Under the pieces are notes generated by a model that searched no databases, was not told the DNA's origin, and saw only the letters and a program-made list of their open reading frames with translations. The translations under genes were made by a program, and so were the position numbers. This document shows, piece after piece, positions 38,637 through 49,700 of a stretch of DNA of 64,000 bases; positions within the stretch are counted from its first letter, which is position 1; each line of letters starts with the position of its first letter. Source of the DNA: Bythopirellula sp. Lineage in GTDB: Bacteria; Planctomycetota; Planctomycetia; Pirellulales; Lacipirellulaceae. Location: contig OZ244170.1 of the NCBI GenBank assembly GCA_965216565.1, forward strand, positions 2,080,001 through 2,144,000. Reading direction: 5' to 3'.

Positions 38637-40996
38637 ATAACCGTTCAAGCCATGGAACGAGTTCCGGAATAGAATCGGATGTAGATGGCGTAGCTGGAAG
38701 ATTTCCCGTAGTAGCAACTTTAATAGCTATCTTTATCCTTCACTCGATCTCTCCTGCTGCGGCACAACTAACCGTCACACCTCTGAACGACATGGTGTTG
38801 GACCCCAATGCCTTGGTGTTGGGAACCGGCGGTAATTTTGCTCGCACCATCAACGGCCGCACGTTTCAGCAAGAAGCTCTGATTACGCACCAAGGGTATC
38901 AATTCAGCACTTGGTATCACAATGGCAACAACGGAGCGGACCTGGACATCTATCTCTCGCGTCGAGATTTAACAGGGAATGCCTGGGAAACTATCGACAC
39001 GGGTTACGACATGATCAATGGCAATCAAAATTGGGATGCTCACAATGCCATTTCTATGGGAATCTCTGGCGATGGCCGTATTCATATGGCCTACGACCAC
39101 CATGTCGACGAGCTTCGGTACCTCACAACCAGTGCGGGTTTTGCCACGAGTTCCAGTAGCACATGGAACCAAGCGAACTTTGAACTAGAACGCAATTCTT
39201 TGAATTTCAATGGCACCACGATTCCTAAAGTCACCTACCCACGATTTACGAGTGTGGGCAACGATTTAGCATTCACCTATCGCGATCGGTCCAGCAGCAA
39301 CGGCGATCATTATATCGCCAACTACGATTCGCAAACGGGGCTTTGGAACAGCACAATGAAGTTTACAGATGGCCAAGTCGGAACCTATGTCGACATCGAC
39401 GGCAATTCTTCGACAAGACGCAATGCCTATCTCAATGGTGTTGATGTGGACTCTCAAGGCAGAATGCACATTACCTGGACTTGGCGCGAAAACACGCCGA
39501 ACGCCAATCACGACGTCAACTACGCCTACAGTGACAATAATGGTTTGACATGGAATAACAATGCAGGCACCTCCCTCGGAAGCACAATCACCCTGAATTC
39601 TCCTGGGATCGAAGTCGTTGATCTAGACATTCGGCAGGCACTGATCAATCAACAGGGACAGGTCGTAGATAGCGAAGGGGGTGTGCACGCACTACTGCGT
39701 CATCGCAGGCAAGAACCCGGCTTTGAATGGCAACCGGGTGATGGTGCATTCGACGCGACAGATGCTGCCTATCACCACTATTATCGCAACCCATCGACCG
39801 GTGTGTGGAGTTCAAGCCGATTGCCCGTCGACGAACCGGTGGGCGCCCGACCCAAAATTGGCGTCGATCCTGATGGCAATTTGTTTGGCGTTTATACCTC
39901 GGGTAACGACTTAATCATCACGGGGGCAGCGAAAACTGGTGGAGGCTTTTCAGATTGGGAAATCCTCTATACCGAAAGTGCTTACAACTTCGAAGGTGAT
40001 CCGCTGCTAGACCCGGTGCGTTTGACTGAGGAAGGAATCCTTTCAGTCTTCCTGCAAGAACGAGCTACAAACAGTCCCGTAAATACGCCGACCCAAAGCC
40101 CTCTTCACGTACTTGAGTACAGCATCGCCGCGATGCCACCGACATTGCCAACAGGCACGCTTCTTGCGGGCTGGGAACAGTGGGCTTCAGGTGCTGGCGT
40201 TAAGGCTGCTACCCAGACTGTCGCAGGTATAACCGCAACGACCGGCAATAATACCGGCAACAGCAATGGGTTCGGGCTGTTCGCGGACGGCAGTACCGAC
40301 GGAACGTGGGGAACCTTGGCTGATCCTAACGCTGACCCAACAACAGATCAAAACGCTGATGGCTATCGGCTGACCAACGGTGAAGATGGCTCAATCGATT
40401 TCACTTTGACAGACACAGGCGGAGTTGATCGAGAATTGGCCGTGTTTCATTTCGATACTGCCACCTTCAGGCCCGACGCGGCTCATATGTGGGAGCTATC
40501 GGTGGTCTCAGGGGATCTCACCCTGGGAACGATAGCGAGCGGAGATGCCCCGAATATTACGGGCGGGACTTACGATTGGCACGATATTGATATCGACCTC
40601 ACTGGCTTAGCCGACAACACCTTGGATGCTAATGGCACGGTCACGTTCCGCCTGGAATTCTCCGGGGGCACCCTGGGGTCCGCGGGTCACCATCAGGTCC
40701 TTGATAATGTTGCCATCTCTGAACTTAGTTCTGTCCCAGGTGACTTTGACGGAAGCGGTGTTGTCGACGGCTTGGACTTTCTCTTCTGGCAGGTGAATCT
40801 CGGTGATTCCGCCAATCTCGCTCTGTGGGAAAGCAACTATGGCGGGTCACCAGCGACGCCCTCCTCGTCAGCTGTGCCCGAGCCTGGCGGACTGATGCTG
40901 ATTGTTTGCGGCATGCTGATTTACCTCGCTTCCGAACGAACAATTCTGACCGGAATGAGTAAATCACCTGCTCTCGCAAGTAAATGCGTTGGGTAG
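38633..40996 (+). CDS. PEP-CTERM-anchored BNR_4 beta-propeller plus one module copy (paralog of the upstream gene)
   Basis: ATGA overlap at 38633; WDAHNAISMGISGDGRIHMAYDHH, VTYPRF, NHDVNYAYSDNNG.TW; module; VPEP. Confidence 0.85.
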   Translation: MNNRSSHGTSSGIESDVDGVAGRFPVVATLIAIFILHSISPAAAQLTVTPLNDMVLDPNALVLGTGGNFARTINGRTFQQEALITHQGYQFSTWYHNGNNGADLDIYLSRRDLTGNAWETIDTGYDMINGNQNWDAHNAISMGISGDGRIHMAYDHHVDELRYLTTSAGFATSSSSTWNQANFELERNSLNFNGTTIPKVTYPRFTSVGNDLAFTYRDRSSSNGDHYIANYDSQTGLWNSTMKFTDGQVGTYVDIDGNSSTRRNAYLNGVDVDSQGRMHITWTWRENTPNANHDVNYAYSDNNGLTWNNNAGTSLGSTITLNSPGIEVVDLDIRQALINQQGQVVDSEGGVHALLRHRRQEPGFEWQPGDGAFDATDAAYHHYYRNPSTGVWSSSRLPVDEPVGARPKIGVDPDGNLFGVYTSGNDLIITGAAKTGGGFSDWEILYTESAYNFEGDPLLDPVRLTEEGILSVFLQERATNSPVNTPTQSPLHVLEYSIAAMPPTLPTGTLLAGWEQWASGAGVKAATQTVAGITATTGNNTGNSNGFGLFADGSTDGTWGTLADPNADPTTDQNADGYRLTNGEDGSIDFTLTDTGGVDRELAVFHFDTATFRPDAAHMWELSVVSGDLTLGTIASGDAPNITGGTYDWHDIDIDLTGLADNTLDANGTVTFRLEFSGGTLGSAGHHQVLDNVAISELSSVPGDFDGSGVVDGLDFLFWQVNLGDSANLALWESNYGGSPATPSSSAVPEPGGLMLIVCGMLIYLASERTILTGMSKSPALASKCVG

Positions 40997-41110
40997 CCTC
41001 TCAGTTGCAGACTCTTCCTATATCATTGGGACGGTTTTTTGAGAGAATCTACTCTCAAGCAAGATCAGTCAGCGCGACCAAGATATCTTACTACCCAAAG
41101 GAAGTTGGCG

Positions 41111-42742
41111 ATGTCACCTTTTCTATATCACCGATTAGCACTCAGCCTCTTGATGCTATTCTGGTGTGGCACTTGTTTCGCGGCCGAACAGAAACCTAAT
41201 ATCCTCTGGATCACTTGTGAGGACATGAGTCCGCGACTGGCTTGTTATGGTGATCACACTGTGGCCACGCCACATCTGAATCAGCTCGCACAGGAAAGCG
41301 TGCGATATACTCACGCATATGGCACCTACGGGGTGTGCGCTCCGAATCGTCACACACTCATCACAGGCATGTATCCTGCCTCGACAGGTGCCATGGCCAT
41401 GCGTACGTTCAGGAGGACTACTGCCCTAAATCTGATAAAAGACCCTGAAATGCTGGCGATTCCAACGTACGAAGCGACGCCACCGGATGGAGTGAAATGT
41501 TTCAGCGAATATCTCCGTGCCGCCGGATACTACTGTACCAACAATGTTAAAACCGACTATCAATTCCGCTACATTCCAACGGCCTGGAACGAAAGCAGTC
41601 ATAAAGCTCATTGGCGAAATCGACCCAACAGTGAAACACCATTTTTTGCAGTCTTTAATTCAACCGCTACACATGAGAGCCAGATTTTTAAGCAGAATTC
41701 TCCGAAGGTCGTTGATCCTGACTCTGTTACTTTGCCGCCCTATTATCCCGACACACCAATTGTCCGACGGGATTTGGCGAGACACTACGATAATATTGCC
41801 AAAATGGATGCCTGGGTGGGGGGCTTATTGAAGCAGCTCGAAGAAGACGGTCTCGATGACAATACCATGGTATTCTTCTTCAGCGATCATGGAGATGGCC
41901 TGCCACGCATGAAACGCTGGGTCTACGATTCGGGTCTGCGTGTCCCTCTTCTTGTGCGTAATCCAGATCACAAGAATGCTAACTCCGTCAATGACGAGCT
42001 AGTCAGCTTCGTTGATTTCGCTCCCACGGTTCTTTCACTGGTTGGCCTACACATCCCCGACTACATGCAAGGCCAGGCATTTCTCGGAAAGCAGAAGACT
42101 GCTCGACGCAAATACGTCTTTGCAGCACGGGATCGCATGGACCCCGCTCCCGAAACAATCCGCGCCGTGCGCGACAAGCAGTTTAAGTACGTTCGCAACT
42201 ATCGTCCCGATTTGCCCTACATTGGTCCTATTCCATACCGGGATCAGCAAGAGATCATGCAGGAAATCCTGCGACTCGACGAAAGGAACGAACTGGGTGC
42301 AAACCAATGGCAGTTCTCAGCGCGGAACAAGCCCTTGGAAGAGCTTTACGACACAACAGCAGATCCCCATGAAATCAACAATCTAGCTGCCGACCCTCAA
42401 TACTTCGACAAATTGGCGGAGCTTCGGGAAGCCCATGAAGAGTGGACCGAAGAAACTGGTGACCTTGGTCATATGTCAGAGCACGATCTGGTCCGTCACC
42501 TTTGGCCACCCGAGGGAGTACAGCCAACGACTTCTACCCCTGTAGCAAGTGTCGATGGAAATCAGGTGGCTATTGAGTGTGAAACAATTGGTGCTTCGAT
42601 AGGCTACCGTCAGAAAAGTAAAAAGGGTTGGTCTCTCTACAGCAAACCATTCCAATTGAATCCAGGAAGCCAAATCCAAGTGCAAGCCTTTCGCATTGGT
42701 TGGAAGCCCAGTGAGGTAGTTGCAGTGCAGTCAAAGGACTGA
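41111..42742 (+). CDS. Sulfatase (S1) with C-terminal Fn3-associated/chitobiase-like domain
   Basis: KPNILWITCEDMS, CAPNR..LITG, KTDY, SDHG.G.PR.KRW.YDSG; C-terminal CETIGASIGY...W..YSKP...AFRIG. Start likely ATG 41111. Confidence 0.92.
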   Translation: MSPFLYHRLALSLLMLFWCGTCFAAEQKPNILWITCEDMSPRLACYGDHTVATPHLNQLAQESVRYTHAYGTYGVCAPNRHTLITGMYPASTGAMAMRTFRRTTALNLIKDPEMLAIPTYEATPPDGVKCFSEYLRAAGYYCTNNVKTDYQFRYIPTAWNESSHKAHWRNRPNSETPFFAVFNSTATHESQIFKQNSPKVVDPDSVTLPPYYPDTPIVRRDLARHYDNIAKMDAWVGGLLKQLEEDGLDDNTMVFFFSDHGDGLPRMKRWVYDSGLRVPLLVRNPDHKNANSVNDELVSFVDFAPTVLSLVGLHIPDYMQGQAFLGKQKTARRKYVFAARDRMDPAPETIRAVRDKQFKYVRNYRPDLPYIGPIPYRDQQEIMQEILRLDERNELGANQWQFSARNKPLEELYDTTADPHEINNLAADPQYFDKLAELREAHEEWTEETGDLGHMSEHDLVRHLWPPEGVQPTTSTPVASVDGNQVAIECETIGASIGYRQKSKKGWSLYSKPFQLNPGSQIQVQAFRIGWKPSEVVAVQSKD

Positions 42743-42758
42743 ACGCGTCGTGTAGTTC

Positions 42759-44237
42759 CTAGTTGCGATGCTCATCGAACAATTGAACAAACTCACTGTG
42801 GACCTCAGAGTGCTTGTCGGATAGGTTACTTCGCTCACCGGGATCAGTTTCGATATTGTAGAGTTCCACAGGAGCGTCATCCCCATAGCGCACGGCCTTC
42901 CAGTGACCACGTCGAGCTGCTTGAAACACCTCGCCGACAATGCCTGAATTAGGTCCTCCCACTTGCTTCCCGAATTCCCAATAAAGAGTTCTCTCAGGCA
43001 TCGTTCCGGGATTGTCTTGCAGGAGCCTTAGGATCGAGACACCGTTCGTCTCGACGCGAGGCACAGTTTCGAGAGGTACTCCAGCAACTTCTGCGAGCGT
43101 TGGCAGCACGTCGGCAAATGCCCAAGGCGTGTCGTCGACTCTTGCTTGAGTGATGGATTGCGGCCAGGAGGCAATCGCGGGAATATGAATTCCACCATCG
43201 TAGACATCGCGTTTCATGCCACGATAGGGTTTCGACGCCTGGAAAAACTTAGGATCACCGCCCCCTTCGTCATGGGGACCATTGTCCGAAGTGAAAAAAA
43301 TCAGGGTATTGTCTGCAATTCCTTTCTCTTCCAGAACCGCAACGATTTTTCCAACATAATCGTCCAGTGCCGAGACCATACCGGCAAATGTTGCATGTGG
43401 CTTTTCTACAGGCTCAGGATAGTACCAAGCGTATTTGTCGCTGGGTTTGCCGCCTGACATGCCGCCATACGGTGTTTCAGAAAACATGTCTCCATATTGC
43501 CGGACATATTTCTGAGGTGCAGCCAATTCCGCATGGGGTGACGAGAAGGCTAGGAAGACGAAGAACGGATTGTCATGCGGCTGCTCGATGTATTTGATCG
43601 CTTCCTCGGTAAACAGTTTTTGCGCATAGGCTTCTTTCTTACCGCCCTCGTTCGACTTAATCCTCAGCTTCTTGCCGTCTCGCCAAAGAATTGTTGGATA
43701 CTGACGATGACCCTCAAGAATCGAGTACATGCCGTACCAGGTATCAAATCCCATCGCGAGCGGGTCCGTAACCCCCATCTGCGATCCGATCGAGTACTTA
43801 CCGAACAGGGCCGTATCGTAGCCTGCATACTTTAGGACGTGAGCAATCGTGACATCAATTGCCTGGAGCTGAACAGTGTTCGAATTGTTGTCCATCAATC
43901 GTCCGTCGCGTCCCGTAAACAGCGAAACGCGAGACGGGGAACAAACCGTATTTCCAGCATAGGCTTGGGTAAATCGTATCCCCCCACCTGCAAGCCGATC
44001 GAGGTTCGGTGTTCTGATGGGAGTCGTCCCGTAGCAACCGAGTTGATTGAAACCGAGGTCGTCAGCAAGAATGAATATGACGTTTGGTTTTTCGCCGGAG
44101 GGTGCCGCTATCACCATTTCGCAATGAACCGCAGATCCCACAATGACAAGACATGCGAATAGTGAACGCAACGAGATTGGGAATAACGTTGGGCGAGCGG
44201 CGAAAAGAATGAAGCCGAGTGGACGTTTAAGTTTCAT
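42759..44237 (-). CDS. Arylsulfatase-type sulfatase (S1)
   Basis: KPNVIFILADDLG, CSPSR..LFTG, TSDNGPH.EGG and RGMKRDVYDGG. Confidence 0.93.
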   Translation of the reverse strand: MKLKRPLGFILFAARPTLFPISLRSLFACLVIVGSAVHCEMVIAAPSGEKPNVIFILADDLGFNQLGCYGTTPIRTPNLDRLAGGGIRFTQAYAGNTVCSPSRVSLFTGRDGRLMDNNSNTVQLQAIDVTIAHVLKYAGYDTALFGKYSIGSQMGVTDPLAMGFDTWYGMYSILEGHRQYPTILWRDGKKLRIKSNEGGKKEAYAQKLFTEEAIKYIEQPHDNPFFVFLAFSSPHAELAAPQKYVRQYGDMFSETPYGGMSGGKPSDKYAWYYPEPVEKPHATFAGMVSALDDYVGKIVAVLEEKGIADNTLIFFTSDNGPHDEGGGDPKFFQASKPYRGMKRDVYDGGIHIPAIASWPQSITQARVDDTPWAFADVLPTLAEVAGVPLETVPRVETNGVSILRLLQDNPGTMPERTLYWEFGKQVGGPNSGIVGEVFQAARRGHWKAVRYGDDAPVELYNIETDPGERSNLSDKHSEVHSEFVQLFDEHRN

Positions 44238-44413
44238 AGCTTTACTTACTTGGGTTGAATCGATAAGAAGCCTACTGTGAGAATAATACCTTGCGTGTTC
44301 ACTCTACAAAATCGTGGACAATTCCGGGTCTATGCAAGTTACGATGATGTTTCGCTATTTGAAACGGTTGGTCTCACCCTACAGAACTCCCATTGCAAAA
44401 CGGTGAAGGCAAG

Positions 44414-46732
44414 TCACCTCGACTGCAGGCGAAAGGATGCCTTCTCGTAGTTTGCAGAGGATGTTCCGACCATCACTTCATAGTCGCCATCTTCCAACAC
44501 TCGTTTCATTTCTTTGCCTGTGAACTTCAACATATCTGGCGCAATTACAAAGCTCACTTGACGGGTTTCCCCGGGCTTCAATTCGATTTTTTGGAATCCC
44601 TTCAGCTCCTTGTCTGGACGGGTGACGGAGCCAATCAAGTCTTTCAGGTACAGCTGGACGACTTCTTTGGATGTGTATTCGCCGGTGTTGGCAACATCGA
44701 CGCTGATTTCCAATTTTCCATCAGGCGACATTTCGTTGCCGGAGAGTTTGAGATTGTCATACTTGAATGAGGTGTAGCTCAGACCATGGCCAAACGGAAA
44801 CAAGGGCCCAGGCTTAGAGAACAGATAACCCTTCTTGTAGTTGATCTCTTTTTGACTGTAGTGGAATGGAATCCGACCAATCGAGCGCGGAACTGAGACC
44901 GGCAGTTTGCCGGAAGGTGAGGTTTCACCAAATATCATTTGTGCCACCACCTCGTCGCCACGCTCACTTAAGTCCCAGCAGTCCAGAATGGCATCTGCCT
45001 GTTTAGCGATGACGTTGATAGACAAAGTGCGACGATGCTTGAGCACCACCACTACCGGCTTGCCAACCGCTTTGATCTTCCGAATCAACTCGTCCTGCTG
45101 ACCAACAGGATCGATACTGTCCCGATCGCCTTGAGCGTTGTTAAAAAACGCTTCTTTCGCGGTGAATTCGTCGCCCCCTAGGAACAGCACAGCGACATCC
45201 GCATTGCGAGCCAGGGAAATCAGATTCTCCATGTCCTCCTCACTGCCTTTAACGAGATTCGGGTTTCCTCGCTTCTCATCTGTTAGCTTGAATCCACGTT
45301 CCGCAGTAAACGTCACGTTGCTGCCTGCTACTGCTTCGAAAGCAGCTTGAGTGTCGTCGTCGAGTAGAGGCCCCAATAGTGCCACGGTGCGAGCTTCCGG
45401 TTTACGCAGCGGAAGGGTATTCTCTTCATTTTTTAGAAGAATAATCGATTCCTCATCCATCTGTTTCGCCAACTCGAGTGAGGATTCCGCACGAACTCCA
45501 TGCTCGACTTTTTCGAGATCGATAAAAGGGTCTTCGAATAGACCCAAGATGAACTTTGTGCGTAAGACATTGCTGACAGAACGGTCGATATGGTTCTGCA
45601 GACTGTTGTCCTGCTTCGCCATTTCTGGCAACAATGCGTAGGCTACGTCGCTGTACAAATCCACATCGATCCCGGCCTTGAGTGCCATTTCTACAGCAGC
45701 TTCTGGTGTTTCGGCCACCTTCATGAACGAATGTAGGCGGGCGATATCGTTCGAATCGGATACGACATAACCCTGAAAGCCCCACTGATTGCGAAGTACG
45801 TCGGTCAGCAGCCAAGGATTTGCATGACTAGCTACGCCATTGAGATCACCATGCGAAGCCATTATTCCAAGCGTGTGGGCACGCTGAACTGCAGCTTGAA
45901 ACGGGGGGAAGATCTCGTCGCGTAGAGTACGTGGGGAAATCTCGATCGCCGCAAAGTTGGAACCGCCAAGTACCTGACCGTAGCCCGCGAAATGCTTGGT
46001 CACCGCTCCAATATGAGTTGTGTTCTTCCTCAATCCATCGTAGCCACCTTGCACACCCGTTACTGCTGCTGTGACCATTTCTGTTGTGAGATGCGTGTCC
46101 TCGCCGAATGCCTCGCTCATTCGCCCAAATCTTGGATCCCTCACAATATCTGCCTCTGGCGAATGACACATGTGCATCCCACGCAAACGTGCCTCACGGC
46201 CAATGACGTCCCAAATTCTACGGGTCAACCCTACATTCCACGTTGCGGCCATGTTGATCGGCCGACCAAATCGGGTGCAACCGTGGGCATCCACTCCGTT
46301 GTAGGATTCGGTGACAAATAGAGCTGGAATGTTGAGTCGGCTTTTCTCGATAATATATTCTTGAAGTTGGTTATTTAACGTAGCAGCACGAATAGGAGAC
46401 AACTTTTCACCAGGATTCTTAATGCCAGCAATTCCGTTCACTAGGCGCCCCTGAACGTCTTTCGACAGCACCATTTGATCTTCATTATTAAAGCGGATTC
46501 CTTTATTCGCGTGAAACATCCGCATCTGGGCAACTTTTTCTTCCAACGTCATGCGGCTCAGTAGATCTTTTACCCGTGCTTCAACCTCCAAAGAGGAATC
46601 CTTATAAGCAGGGTTTGTTTCCGCAAAGGACGGCATGTCAATCAATGCCACGAGTACAAAGGCAGCACACATCCACTTCGAGATGAAAAGACATCTAACC
46701 TTTAAGATCTCACCTATTTCATCGTATGCCAT
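44414..46732 (-). CDS. Glycoside hydrolase family 3 (beta-xylosidase/beta-glucosidase)
   Basis: RMTLEEK, RDPRFGR..E.FGED, KHFAGYG, VVSDS (nucleophile Asp), SPSGKLP, PLFPFGHGLSYT and EVVQLY Fn3-like tail. Confidence 0.95.
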   Translation of the reverse strand: MAYDEIGEILKVRCLFISKWMCAAFVLVALIDMPSFAETNPAYKDSSLEVEARVKDLLSRMTLEEKVAQMRMFHANKGIRFNNEDQMVLSKDVQGRLVNGIAGIKNPGEKLSPIRAATLNNQLQEYIIEKSRLNIPALFVTESYNGVDAHGCTRFGRPINMAATWNVGLTRRIWDVIGREARLRGMHMCHSPEADIVRDPRFGRMSEAFGEDTHLTTEMVTAAVTGVQGGYDGLRKNTTHIGAVTKHFAGYGQVLGGSNFAAIEISPRTLRDEIFPPFQAAVQRAHTLGIMASHGDLNGVASHANPWLLTDVLRNQWGFQGYVVSDSNDIARLHSFMKVAETPEAAVEMALKAGIDVDLYSDVAYALLPEMAKQDNSLQNHIDRSVSNVLRTKFILGLFEDPFIDLEKVEHGVRAESSLELAKQMDEESIILLKNEENTLPLRKPEARTVALLGPLLDDDTQAAFEAVAGSNVTFTAERGFKLTDEKRGNPNLVKGSEEDMENLISLARNADVAVLFLGGDEFTAKEAFFNNAQGDRDSIDPVGQQDELIRKIKAVGKPVVVVLKHRRTLSINVIAKQADAILDCWDLSERGDEVVAQMIFGETSPSGKLPVSVPRSIGRIPFHYSQKEINYKKGYLFSKPGPLFPFGHGLSYTSFKYDNLKLSGNEMSPDGKLEISVDVANTGEYTSKEVVQLYLKDLIGSVTRPDKELKGFQKIELKPGETRQVSFVIAPDMLKFTGKEMKRVLEDGDYEVMVGTSSANYEKASFRLQSR

Positions 46733-46759
46733 AAAACACTCCGTGCCTTTCGCGTTAGA

Positions 46760-49700
46760 TCAATACTTTTTAGAAGAAGAGTTTTTGAGCTCGCTCACTG
46801 ATCCAAATGTCATTGTGGAGCGAACGTAGGGCTGAATTGTTACTGGACCTAACATGCCGGATGATGGCAAAGGTGAATCCTTTTGCCAATGCTTATATCC
46901 GGCAAATGAAACGCGATCGGAAGGGCGGTGCGTCGCATTTAATAGCCACTTCGGCCATTTCTTTATAGCACGACCTCTACGTTCAAAGTCTTGTGACAAG
47001 TGTTCATCACCAATCAGCCTATTCGGCCAGAGATTGGTCACTCTAACCTCAAGGTCGTTTTCCCCTTCATGAACAATTCCTTCTAAGCTCATCCTGAACG
47101 GAAACTTCCACAGTATTCCAAGCTTCTTTCCGTTTACCAAAACTTCGGCAATCACGCGGACGCTGCCTAGATCTAGTTCCAGCGCAATATCGGGCTGTAT
47201 TAGACGACTTGGAATGACTAGCTGCTGACTGTAGGTCGCAGTCCCGGAAAAATGCTTTATCTTCTCATTGCTAGAAGACGACCAGGAAGTCAATTCGTCA
47301 TATGTTTCGTGCAAAGTCTCTCCCTCTGAGTTTGGAAATCGCACTTCCCAAGGACCAGGCAACTCTAGAGGTTCTGGTACTGTTTCCACTTCGATCGTTC
47401 CTGTTGCGCCTGACGAAGTGCTATAGATCAACTGGCCTGGGTAAGGAGTTTCCCAAGTGACTTCATTGTCTTCAGATGTAAACCTTGATGCGGGAAGACT
47501 CCGAGTTAGTTCGAGCATGCCTCCCTCAGCAAGTGCCCTCTTTTGCACCACGCCGTCGGTCGAGTAAACAATACGCAACTCTTTCGCAGTTTCAAGATCA
47601 GCCGATTCGTCGCTCAGCCCGTCGTCAACAGAGATTCCAAAAGTCCCTGATGCTACCATGGATTTAACTTCTTCGGTGACATCTTTCGCCAGGGAATCCG
47701 CGGGAACACTTTTCGTTTTGTCATCAAACTTGCCAAAGACGGCCCTTAATATTTCTAGTTCGCCTTTGCCATCAGAACTGATGGCTATTGTTTCCTGTTC
47801 CATAGCGTGAGTTTCGTGAACAGTATCTCCGACTCTATATCTGATTCGAAGTTCTTTTTTGTAGCCGGGGGCAGGGTCACAATCGCAAAGTTTTCTGGAA
47901 ACTTTCGTGCGAAGATGATTCTCCACAACGCCTTCAGCCACTGATTCAGTTACATCAACTAAGCCATCAGGTAAAAACGTGCCGTACTTAGCATTCATTA
48001 TCTCTAGGTTGGGTAGCGGCATTGGTAAGCCTTGGAGAAGTCTCACCTTGCTTTTAACAATGTGCTCAGATGTCGCTGGCTGCCTGAAGACCACTAAAAC
48101 GGAACCTTCCGGTTCGAACTGAATCGAAACACTCGTAGTGCCATCGCTGTTTTGCTTCCATTCCGGAGCATTGCTAATGCCGCCAGTCTCAGCATTCCAC
48201 AATTCGGGCTGTTTTCCGGACACCCGGAAGCGGCAGAGTACTTTACGTCCTTCTTTGGCAGAGTTGGCGACAAAGTAGATGTCGCATTCATCCACCCTCC
48301 GATGAATATATGAAAGACCCTCTGGAGTGCCCTCCTCGACGTCAAAATCTGGAGGAGTAGCATCACTCTTGAGAAACTCAACGATTGAAACGTCTTCGAC
48401 TAACCTCTTGCCCCATAATCTCTCGGAAATCTGGCTGACCTGTTCATCACAGTCAGGAAAACCTTGAAGGCTCGGAGATTTCTCAGGTTTAGGGCCAAGA
48501 ATCTTTACACCAGCTTCAACCAGTTCCTCTAGTTTTTTGAGAGTTTCAGGCCTCATCCAAGAAGTCTTGGGCAGCACCAGTGCTCGATACGAGGAACCTG
48601 CAGAAGTATGCACTAATCCATCTTCTGCTCTCAAAGAACCAATCTTGTTCGCCCCAATCAAATCATAGTCGTATCCCGACGCTTTGATCTCTGGCATCAA
48701 CATCGCATTGTTGGGGGAGGCTTCCCCAGTGAAAACCAACACGTCGGCTACACTCTGACCTTGTTGGAGCATGAATTGAGAACGGGCGATATAGTCTAGA
48801 AAGGCTTCTGCCGGTTCCCACCAAGTATTTAGTCGGTTGAACTCTAGACCGTGGTAGCTCAACGTTAGGCCAGGCCCCACGTTCCAGGGCTGGTGAACGT
48901 AGCTGTGAAAAATAAATCGGTTAATTCCCTGCGCCCACGCCTTGTCGCCGATGGACTTGATCGTAGCGGGATGCTCAACCCAACCTCCCGTGCCGGTAAA
49001 CGCTTCGGCGCCAACTATTCGATCGCCGTTTAACTTGGCGATGGAGGCCACAAATTTTGGAGAGTCAAAGAAAGCTACGTCCCCGCTCCAGAATTCACAC
49101 ATGACTATGTTGCCGGCTTCGCCAATTTGCATATTGTCGAAGGGTCCCCAATAGGGCTCGACCGAGAACTGCATACCATGTTGATGACAACGTTCGCGGA
49201 AGTATGCGTAATAGTTCTTCGCCATCAGATCGCCAATAGTACGTCGGAAATCCCAGAGGAAGCGTTCTGAGATCTCTCCACTCTCAACATAATAGCCTGC
49301 CAATGCGGGCAAATACGGCGAACAGTCGTAGCCGCTTAGGCTATGAAACTCCCTCTGGAAATTCGGTGTCCAATTGCACGCCCCAACTTCATAGCTATCA
49401 ATCAGGCAACTCTTGAGGACTGGACCTACCAGTGGCCCTAATCCATTGATGATTGGAGTGATGCCACCTTCCCAAAACGCATCAACTGCCTCTCGACTCA
49501 TCTTGTCACACTCTAGGCCGTGCCCACCGAAGGCGGCAGGACGGTTCCTCTTACCTGTCGGAGTGTGCCCAAGTCGCAAGATGACCCACTCGCCGGGAGG
49601 CGGCATCCATTCCAAATATCCGTCATCGGCAACTCGCGAAGTTAAATCAATGATCTCCAATTGACTAACCACGGCGGACGCAGGTATTGGTTTAGAGTCA

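Noticed and set aside
8396..40996. Repeated DNA segments as a CRISPR array, DGR template/variable repeats or IS ends
   Set aside because: The repeats are in-frame coding modules that differ mainly at synonymous positions. No spacers, reverse transcriptase or transposase were seen.
44294..44320. TGTCCA on the minus strand upstream of the sulfatase at 44237 as another ECF promoter
   Set aside because: The bases after the 17-nt spacer read CACG, not CGT, so only the -35 half matches.
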